A stretch of DNA of 63,184 bases, filler included, from Stramenopiles sp. TOSAG23-3 (Eukaryota), in NCBI GenBank assembly GCA_900128585.1. It is 12 parts of 12 records of this genome, joined end to end, with 100 filler letters (N's around TTAATTAATTAA, not from the genome) between each part and the next. Parts side by side here need not be neighbours in the genome. Positions count along the whole stretch, not along the records: positions 54,970 to 60,964 come from LT643401.1; positions 61,065 to 62,074 come from LT646717.1; positions 62,175 to 63,184 come from LT646718.1; 9 more parts are not named here. One strand, 5' to 3'. Position 1 is the first letter of the stretch, and each line of letters begins with the position of its first letter. Below the pieces are notes generated by a model. It saw only the letters and a program-made list of their open reading frames with translations, made no database searches and was not told the DNA's origin. Of the stretch, positions 55,133 to 63,184 are shown in pieces. A program made the position numbers and the translations under genes.

Positions 55133-55459
55133 ATGGCCAAACCCATTCGAAAAGCCTTTGTTATGTCTTTGAACGAGGGGCAGGTTGAAGAATACACGAA
55201 ACGACACAATCCAATCTGGCCCGAACTGGAACAGGTACTGAAAGACCATGGAGTTTTGAACTATTCTATTTTCTTTCTTTGTTCTACTCACCAATTGTTC
55301 GCCTATGCTGAAATTGAGGACGAGGAGAAATGGGGTTCGATTGCGAAAACAGAAGTGTGCCAAAAATGGTGGCAATATATGGGTGACATAATGCCTTCGA
55401 ATGAGGATAATAGCCCAGTTGCAGAGAATTTATCGGAAGTATTTCACATGGAAAAGTAA
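55133..55459 (+). CDS. rhaM: L-rhamnose mutarotase, bacterial type
   Basis: IRKAFVM...EEY..RHNPIWPELE.VLK.HG..NY.IF...VCQKWW.YM.D.MPSN.DNSPV...L.EVF, colinear with enterobacterial RhaM. Confidence 0.92.
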   Translation: MAKPIRKAFVMSLNEGQVEEYTKRHNPIWPELEQVLKDHGVLNYSIFFLCSTHQLFAYAEIEDEEKWGSIAKTEVCQKWWQYMGDIMPSNEDNSPVAENLSEVFHMEK

Positions 55460-55711
55460 TAGTGGGCTTCAAAAGAAGAAAATTTTGTCCCATGCGAAAA
55501 TCGCATTAGTGTGTGCTAAGATTGAAGATTGTCCCGTAAACAAACCTAATTTGAGATGTATTTATTGTACCTCGCCGGTTTGAAATTATAAATGATTTCA
55601 TATCATATGATAAAGGATCATCCAAAGCGTACTTTACTATCATATACATAATATTTTTTTTCAAACGATCATGTACGGGGGAGTATCTTCTTTAAATTGT
55701 GCTTTTGCCCC

Positions 55712-56968
55712 TCACTGGTGGTTCACTTTAACGTGGGCACGGTGCGCAAACAGTTTAAGGTTCAACAAACCGTCCATGTGCACGTTTGTGATTGCCTCGT
55801 CCTTTTCTTTCTGGCTCACCGTCAACTTTTCGTACGCAGGAGCTGCCCTGGCGCCTTCGTTAGTTTCACAAAGCCAAGCAAACGCCAATGCCTCGTCCGC
55901 CGTTGGCCTCGTTAACGGGTCCACCCGTAGGAGTCCCTGTACGCACTCTTTCAAGGTCCTGTTTTCTTCAAAAATCGGCAAATTGTAGTTCACCTTCCCG
56001 ACCGCAATGGTGTCGAACAAATCCATGATCGATTTCGCACCTGCAAACGGCGGCTGGCCGGCGACCATCATATACAAAGTTATGCCGGCCGCCCAAATGT
56101 CATGCTTCTTGGCGTGAAACTTTTCGGTGCCGGTGCACATTTCCGGGGACATGAAATGGGGAGTCCCAGCGGTGTTGGAGACGAAATCATCCTGGGAGTT
56201 GTTCCGTCCGCCATCGAACAGTTGGGACACTCCAAAGTCGGTCAGCTTCATAATCCCTTCCCGATCGACCAGCATGTTCCCCGGTTTCACATCACGGTGC
56301 GCGATGCCCTGGAAATGCAGGTAGGACAAGGCCTTCAACAGCTGTCTCGTGTACGATTTTGCTTGGGGTAAGGCGAGCGGTTTTACCTTTTCAACGGAGT
56401 CCTCGATGACTGTGCCGCCGGGCATAAGCTCTGCAACCAAGTAGCAATGGTCGTGCTCGCTGTCGTCTATAATTTCTACCAAGTTGACCAAGTTCGGGTG
56501 TACCAACTTCTTCCATATGGCCATTTCGCCTTGAAGAAGCTTCAGGGCGTTGGAAAAACGCCCCAGTCTCTTGCGTGCCAGCCGCTTTTTGTTCAAGACT
56601 TTGATGGCGTACTTTAACGTCTTGTCGCCCAGGAGGGATTGCGAGGGTATGTGACAGCTGTAGACTATTGCAAACCCACCCTTTCCGAGGACTTCGTCGA
56701 TCACGTACTGGTTTACTTTCTTCAGTCTGTTCGACTTTGGAGAGTGGGACTCTTTGACTGCGTTGGTGGTAATTGTATTTTGCTTCACGTAAATTGACGG
56801 CGGGGGCGTCCTCGGCTTTTTTCCAGACTCCAAATAGTCTATTAGGAACGAGATGACATCATCTGGCCGGTGAAGTACTACCTCCCGCATAAGATCTTGC
56901 AATGTTTGCTTGACGTTGTGCTCCTCGTAATAAGCCCCGAGCCTTGAGTCGCTGTTCTTGCCCGACAT
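55712..56968 (-). CDS. CAMKK-like Ser/Thr kinase with N-terminal RIIa/Dpy-30-type dimerization-docking domain
   Basis: YYEEHNV...LQDLMREVVLHRPDDVISFLIDYL, KKVNQY, GKGGFA, HRDVKPGN, DFGVS and AGTPHFMSPE. Confidence 0.88.
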   Translation of the reverse strand: MSGKNSDSRLGAYYEEHNVKQTLQDLMREVVLHRPDDVISFLIDYLESGKKPRTPPPSIYVKQNTITTNAVKESHSPKSNRLKKVNQYVIDEVLGKGGFAIVYSCHIPSQSLLGDKTLKYAIKVLNKKRLARKRLGRFSNALKLLQGEMAIWKKLVHPNLVNLVEIIDDSEHDHCYLVAELMPGGTVIEDSVEKVKPLALPQAKSYTRQLLKALSYLHFQGIAHRDVKPGNMLVDREGIMKLTDFGVSQLFDGGRNNSQDDFVSNTAGTPHFMSPEMCTGTEKFHAKKHDIWAAGITLYMMVAGQPPFAGAKSIMDLFDTIAVGKVNYNLPIFEENRTLKECVQGLLRVDPLTRPTADEALAFAWLCETNEGARAAPAYEKLTVSQKEKDEAITNVHMDGLLNLKLFAHRAHVKVNHQ

Positions 56969-57917
56969 TTCAAAACCACGAAAAGGGGCGTGGCTCTTGG
57001 ACGGGCCCGTGCGGTGAACGGAAACGTTACCTCAAAAGGAGTGAACCCCACTGCCGAGAATAAAGGAAAGAAGCTGTGATTCAAGGAAATATCCAAGTAA
57101 TCAAGAAAATGTCTAATGGTTCTGTCCTACAATGTTCATCGTTTGTTAATGATCAATTATTAATAACAAACGACAAACAAACTGAAGAGAGGAGAAATAT
57201 TTTATTTATACGAGGCCTCCTTCTCCTCGTCCGTCTAGTGGTCCAGTGGATTATAATACCTTGGTGGTACCGTCCAACTTCTTTTGAAACGAAGTATTAT
57301 TATTCTTCTAGGTACTACTACTACGACGTCCAGTATTAAATACCAGTACAACTATTGGAACTACCAACGACGTAAATAAAAAAACTTGGGTAGATTAATA
57401 AAATAATTTGATTGAAGAAATTAATATTTATTTAATAATTTAAATAATATAAATAATATTTTTTCTTTCTCGCTCCTCCCTCCTCCTCCTTCCTTCCTTC
57501 CTTCCTTCTTCTCTTCTTCTTCTCCTTCCTTCCTTCCTTCTTCTCTTCTTCTTCTCTCTGCTGGTGTTTAAATTAGGACTAATATTAAATTTTTTTGTGT
57601 TGTGGTGTTTTTTTTGTTGAAAGAAGAAGATAGAATGTCTCTCGCTGTGTCTATTATATTAGAAAATGTTGACAATAATTTTTTCAGCAACAACAAAAAG
57701 GCAGCAGTGCTTCTTCTTTCCTTTCAGAAGAAGAAGAAGAAAAAAAGAAGAGAAGAAGAAGGAAAAAAAGAAGAAGAAGAGAAAAGAGAAGGAAGAAAAA
57801 AAAAAGAAGAAGATGAAATTCAGTCTCTCTTCTTCTCTCTTACCGGTTGACAGGGATATTAATACATTTTTAGAGAAGTTTCCTGTGGAATGAACATATT
57901 AGAGATATGCTGTGGGA

Positions 57918-59303
57918 ATGAGCGCGGTCCCAAAGAATCGTTGTGCGTCCGCGGCAAACGGTGGTGAACTTGGGGGGGGAGGTTCGGTGTGCGCCCAGAA
58001 CCAGGCGGTCGGTGAGATAGATGCGTCTGTGCAATCGTCAGAATGGTACTTGGAAGGAATTGTTGCTGCAAAAAGATGGCGTGGCAAGAAGCTGTGCTTT
58101 GCAAACGTTTTGCTATTAGATGAAAGCAGCATGCCCTCTAACGTACTGAACGATATTTCCTACGTTGAGGCCGGCCCATCGTACATAAACAAGGTTCTGC
58201 CGTTTGTATCTGACGGCAAAAATTACTCGAGTGGCGTGCCCCCAATACGCAGTAAGATCATGGCCAACAAGGTGGTCGAACTGATATTACAAAAGGAACT
58301 GATAGAAAATGGGCAAGAATGTATGCCTTCGAAAGCAGACTTGAGGCTTGGCAACCACGTTGTTTTTCGTTGCAGTGCCTGTTTCGACCTGTCTGATTCG
58401 CCAAACCAGCCCCATCAAGGAGAGCCAAAGCGGATCGGTATTGTTCTCGGGTGCGCGGTCAAAGGCCGCTTTCAGTCGCTGGGCTGGCCGCCACGGACTT
58501 CCATCAACCTTGGAAGCAAAAAAGACCTGCCGCAGCCAGACGAGAATGCTCCTCTGTGCGTTAGATGGGTGCTGCAGCAGTGCACTGCACGCCGCTGCCC
58601 CTTTCGACATTACATTATTCAGGACAAAGACGAAGGAATGCAAGAAAAGTTGCTGGCTCACCGGGCCAATTCTCACGACCGTGAGGCAATGTGGGCGGCC
58701 AAGCTTGCCGCGCCGCTTTCGGTTATTGGTGCCATCCCGCTGGTCCAGAGTGCTGTGCTTCAGCCCCACGCTGCTCGGGCAGGCGTGTTTGTTAACTTTT
58801 TGTTGAGTACGTTTGGAAAAGATGTCCTCTCAAGTGGCAGTGGGGTTGTGGATGTAGCGGGCGGCAGTGGGGACGTTGCTCATTATCTCTGGGTGCGAAA
58901 TGGTGTTCCAACGACCACAGTCGACCCAGTGCCACGTCGCAACACGAGCAAACGACGAAAAAAGGAGATGCAAAGGATGGGAAGGGCCCCAAGTGCATAC
59001 ATTGCAGAATATTTCAACACCAACTTCAACCCAAGCTTGCTGGAATCTGCGTCTGCGTTTGTAGGCATGCACCCGGACGAAGCCACGGAAGATATTGTGG
59101 ACGCTGCGCTAAAGTTCAACAAACCATTCGCCGTCATACCATGTTGCGTCTTTTCAGAGCTAAAGCCAGGGAGGAAACTTCATGGAAATATTGACGTTTC
59201 GCGTACGGACCAGTTTTGTCTATATTTGGCGCAAAAGGATGCTCGGATAAAGGCCAAGTACTTGCCCTTCGAAGGAAGGAACATTGTGGTTTATTTAAAA
59301 TAA
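57918..59303 (+). CDS. CCCH zinc finger plus SAM-dependent methyltransferase-like protein
   Basis: LCVRW...C...CPFRH, VVDVAGGSG and VGMHPDEATE..VD.AL...KPFAVIPCCVF. Confidence 0.75.
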   Translation: MSAVPKNRCASAANGGELGGGGSVCAQNQAVGEIDASVQSSEWYLEGIVAAKRWRGKKLCFANVLLLDESSMPSNVLNDISYVEAGPSYINKVLPFVSDGKNYSSGVPPIRSKIMANKVVELILQKELIENGQECMPSKADLRLGNHVVFRCSACFDLSDSPNQPHQGEPKRIGIVLGCAVKGRFQSLGWPPRTSINLGSKKDLPQPDENAPLCVRWVLQQCTARRCPFRHYIIQDKDEGMQEKLLAHRANSHDREAMWAAKLAAPLSVIGAIPLVQSAVLQPHAARAGVFVNFLLSTFGKDVLSSGSGVVDVAGGSGDVAHYLWVRNGVPTTTVDPVPRRNTSKRRKKEMQRMGRAPSAYIAEYFNTNFNPSLLESASAFVGMHPDEATEDIVDAALKFNKPFAVIPCCVFSELKPGRKLHGNIDVSRTDQFCLYLAQKDARIKAKYLPFEGRNIVVYLK

Positions 59304-60128
59304 GCTGCGTCGTCGTCTCGTGCATGTTGAATGACGAAAATTATTATGAAATATATTTTTAATAAATTTATCAAAAACAAATTAAATTTATATATTATTG
59401 TATTAGTCTTCTATCACAACTTACTCGGATTATGAGATAAGTTCGCAATATTAATACCAATATAATTTAACTAGTCGTCGAGTTAATTTTATTAAAATAA
59501 ACATATAATACTGGTTGGGTTAAGGACTGCGGATTAGTTGTTGGGAAACTTTTAACATAATATTAATAATATAAAAAAAACACAATTTTCTTGTTTTTTA
59601 ATATCATATTAATAAATACTGTAACTCAGTGCGCCAATGAGGATTTGATTGAATGAGAGGACTACTATTCTACTTACTATTTTTAATTATTTAAAAATAT
59701 TTTATAATAGTAGGCCGACTAATATAATATAATAATAGTGGGGAGAATTATTAGACGACTAATAATATTTTATTACACGCACCACCGCTTCTTCTTTTTT
59801 TTTCTTCTATTCATTCTTCCTCCTATTTCCATATAATACTACTATTAATAATACTGTCTGAAATCTTGTTTTGTTGATGAAGAAGAAGAAGAAGGAGGAC
59901 GACACACTTTTTTTTTCCTCTTCTTCATTCATTTTTTGCATTTTGGATATCCTACTATAATTTTTAAATGTAGATGACTAAATTATAGAAAGATAAAATA
60001 CATGTGCACGTACCGAATATTCTACATCAACACAAAAACGTCAGTAGAAGAAGAAGAGCAAATAGAGAGAGGTGACTTTTCTTATTTCGTGGAGACCATA
60101 GTTTTGTTTCCCTTTGTTCTTTTGCGTT

Positions 60129-60848
60129 ATGGTGGATCCTATTATAACTATTTTGGTGCTGGTGGGGGTTAGTGCCTGCGGAGTCTTCTTTTATAAAGCG
60201 TACCTTGAAAGCCAAGCCACAGCTTTTGAAAATGCTGCAGAGTTGGAGGAGATACTGTTAGAGCAGGACAATGGCTCGAACGAGTACTCCCCGCCGATAT
60301 TGCAGGAGGAGGGTGCCGCCGGTGAATTGCAGACGATGACGAGCCGGAGCCGCGGGCGCACGCAGAGCTCTGTGTGGAAAAAGGAGAAAGAAGACAACGA
60401 GGCTGCGTTGAAGCGCGTGAGGGACGAGGAACAGAAGTTTCGGGAGTCCATGCAACAGGTCGAGGAGGACCATATTGTGCTGGAGGAAAATGAAGAAGAA
60501 CTGATAAACAACCGAGTTCGTGCCCTTACAAAAGAGCACGGCCTTGAAGGTTTTGATTCCCCGGATAGGCCCAGTTATAGCGAGGGTACCCCGGTGGCGG
60601 GGGGCAGCGACACCCCATTGTCTACGGCGACGACCACTCCGGGCGGCGAGACCCCGAACAGTAAATTGAGCAATTTGTACGAAGAGGGCGGGTTGTCGCT
60701 GGGATTGGATGCGGGGACCCCCGCGGCGTCCACCCCGGCAACGGGGGGTGGGAAGAAGAAGAAAAAGAAGAAAAAGAAGAAGAAGAAGAATACAAATGCA
60801 CAGACTCCAACAGAAATGTTGGATAATTTGTATGCAGGGCACGATTAG
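60129..60848 (+). CDS. N-terminally anchored coiled-coil protein with poly-Lys tail
   Basis: Single N-terminal hydrophobic helix and a GC-rich coding island. No family recognised. Confidence 0.65.
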   Translation: MVDPIITILVLVGVSACGVFFYKAYLESQATAFENAAELEEILLEQDNGSNEYSPPILQEEGAAGELQTMTSRSRGRTQSSVWKKEKEDNEAALKRVRDEEQKFRESMQQVEEDHIVLEENEEELINNRVRALTKEHGLEGFDSPDRPSYSEGTPVAGGSDTPLSTATTTPGGETPNSKLSNLYEEGGLSLGLDAGTPAASTPATGGGKKKKKKKKKKKKNTNAQTPTEMLDNLYAGHD

Positions 60849-61064
60849 CTAGTCGTCTATTTTTTAATAATAATATCTATATCTATCATTGGAATCATCA
60901 TCTCTTCTGGACTCTCTGGACTGACTTCATAAAAAAAAATAATCTATTTTTACATAGGTAAATANNNNNNNNNNNNNNNNNNNNNNNNNNNNNNNNNNNN
61001 NNNNNNNNTTAATTAATTAANNNNNNNNNNNNNNNNNNNNNNNNNNNNNNNNNNNNNNNNNNNN

Positions 61065-62074
61065 TTTTCGAAATGTGGGGATGGCATCGTCACCTGGGGG
61101 GAGCAATGCGACCCGGGGGAGGGCGCGGACCCGACCTTTGACGGGTGCCAACGCTGCGAACACCTCAAGGAAGGGTTTGCGTGCGCGGAGCCTGGTATCC
61201 CTTGCGGTCGGTGCGATCTTGACACCAAAATCCTACGCCAGATGGCTGGGGCGGACGAAGCCTGCCCTTTCTGCCTCAACAACAAGATGAAAGGGACATC
61301 GAGGGACTTGCTGTCCTCCCCATGCGAGTACGCCAAATGCAAAGACATTAAAACACGGGACGATGCGGTGGAGTGCGATGACTTCGTTCGTCGGTACTGC
61401 GACAACCTGGAATTTCTGGGGATGAGCGACCCCGGGTGCGTTGGATACACGAAGCAAGTGCTGAAATTCGCAGTGCCCCGTGTGTCAAGCAAATGTACCT
61501 ACAAAATACACGATATCGACTTAAAGAGTGAATACATCGAAGATGGCGACGGCAGAGGCGGCGGTTTGCTGCAAGAGCGGGTTGCGATCATCGACTGTGA
61601 GATGGTCGACGAAACGGGGACCAACACGGACAACACCCCCGTCTTCTGGCACATGAGTTTGCTACGTCCACCAAACCAGAACATGTTTAGTGCCCCGACG
61701 GATGCTGGCGTAGTCAGCCTTCTCGAGGAGCTCGAACAAACGTATGGTAAGGGTGGGATGGTCTCCCTGACCGACTTGAAATTCGAACACTTCTACGAAT
61801 TCCAGAACGCAAACTTGCATGAGAACAATCAACCGCTACGCCAATTCTACGAACGAGCAGCACCGTGGTGGGCCATGCTTGCGATCAACTCCGACACCAA
61901 CAACAACCATAATTGGAACAAGGACGAACCCGAGTCGGACAGGCATTATGACTGGAATGAACGACAAAAAATGAAACAGGCGTGCAGGATGAGCCAGAAC
62001 GACGGCGACGTCTACAGCCCGTTTGGGCACGGGAACGCGCATGGGTTGAGAGTAAAGCCCCTGCCGCCTTGTGA
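61065..62074 (+). CDS. Internal fragment of a Cys-rich extracellular protein with a Myxococcus-type cysteine-rich (DUF4215-like) repeat
   Basis: The frame is open across the whole contig and includes CGDGIVTWGEQCDPG...DGC..C...GFAC. Confidence 0.7.
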
Positions 62075-62174
62075 NNNNNNNNNNNNNNNNNNNNNNNNNN
62101 NNNNNNNNNNNNNNNNNNTTAATTAATTAANNNNNNNNNNNNNNNNNNNNNNNNNNNNNNNNNNNNNNNNNNNN

Positions 62175-63184
62175 AAAGACGCCCTGGATTGCAATCGGGC
62201 ATCTGTTTTTATTTTGGACGAGGAAAAGGACCAGCTTTATGCTGAAGTTGAACGTGGGCTTGTGATAAGGATTCCGAAGCACGCCGGCATTGCTGGGTCT
62301 AGTTTGAAAAACGATGAAGTCATTGTTGTCAACGACACGTACGCGGACGAGCGCTTCAATAAAAAGGCAGACAAGAAGACTGGCTACACCACAAACTCAT
62401 TGCTCACAGTCCCGGCCCATGATGCAACCGGGAAAGTTGTTGGGGTTGTCCAAGCAGTGAACAAGAACCACATGAAAGACTTCTCGCTGATGGATGAGGT
62501 TCTGCTCGAAATGCTCTCCGACGCAATTGGGCTCATGATTGGTCACAGCACAACGACCGAATACCACAAGTCCAAATACGACAGTCAGAAACGGCTGCTT
62601 AACTCCCTTCCAAGAGTGTGGTCAACCTTCTTACGAGACTCCCCGCTGGATTTACTTGAGCGTCTCGAAAAGATGATTTGTCAGTTGACAAATGCTGCGC
62701 GATGTGTGCTATTTGTCAAGGACAACAAGAAGAAACAGCTATGGTGCTCAAGCACCCACCACTACATTGTCGATCACGTGGGGTGGCGGAGACGCAAAGT
62801 CGACCAGCAACAGAAGCACTCAAGTAATAGAAAAAAGAGGAACAAATTGGTGTTTCCTTACTCCCGTGCCTCCGACAGCATTGTCTACAAAGTTGCCTCA
62901 ACCGGGCTGCCGATGGAATGCCCCTCGGCTTACAATAGCGAATATTTTAATATGAACGTGGACCTTGATACAAAGCTTCCCTTGATATGCGCCCCAGTTA
63001 TTTCCAAAGCTCGACGGGGCAAGGAAGAAATCGTTGGAGTGATATACTTGGTAATGCCAAGTTTGCCGTTGCAGAAACAAACAAGAAAACTTCTGGAGAA
63101 CATTAGTCAACAAATACCGACCATCCTAAAAGGAGCAGAAGCCTTGGGAACGATGAATGGCTTGTCGCTGGAACTCCAGGCAAA
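62175..63184 (+). CDS. Internal fragment of a tandem GAF-domain protein (PDE/cyclase-type); absent from the ORF track
   Basis: Hand translation is open throughout: LDCNRASVFILD...GIAG...VNDTYADERFNKKADKKTGYTTNSLLTVP...VVGVVQAVNK, followed by a second GAF (AYNSEYFNMNVD...LICAPV). Confidence 0.9.

Noticed and set aside
59630-59645. GCCAATGAGG resembling U4 snRNA
   Set aside because: Only 10 nt match and no flanking U4 structure is present.

Overview
This is not a contiguous locus. It is a concatenation of 12 short contigs/scaffolds (ten of about 6.0 kb in descending length, then two of 1,010 bp) joined by artificial 100-nt N44-TTAATTAATTAA-N44 linkers, so gene order is only meaningful within a contig. 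The source is a gene-dense, intron-poor eukaryote using the standard code, with GC-richer CDS and very AT-rich, microsatellite-laden intergenic DNA. By inference it is a heterotrophic flagellated protist, possibly a stramenopile SAG or MAG. Recognisable genes are an Atg22/UMF1 MFS transporter, a DSN1-like protein, a BUB1/Mad3 fragment, an ePHD protein, a GH33 sialidase, SCO1, an A1 aspartic protease, a MerT-like/HMA protein, a 2OG-Fe(II) oxygenase, a cNMP-binding protein, ADSL, a GCFC protein, a MYST acetyltransferase, RAD51C and a MORN gene (each with one GT-AG intron resolved by hand), an HtrA-like protease fragment, NTF2, RPN8, a SOD-repeat membrane protein, a GT47 exostosin, a bacterial-type rhaM, an RIIa-CAMKK-like kinase and a tandem-GAF protein. 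No tRNA, rRNA, CRISPR array or transposase was found. The strongest unexplained signal is a family of short modular palindromic repeats (core TTAAAAACAAGAAAATTGGCTGTTATTTAA plus partner modules) recurring just downstream of stop codons on at least six independent contigs, as hairpins, nested inverted repeats and MITE-like units. A different motif (TAATACC-AAG) marks 5' intergenic regions. Also notable are a mosaic BUB1 fragment sharing an inverted 118-bp coding module with a neighbouring BPI-like gene, a gene bracketed by 94-bp direct repeats, and several large surface-protein genes interrupted by frameshifts or a single in-frame TGA.
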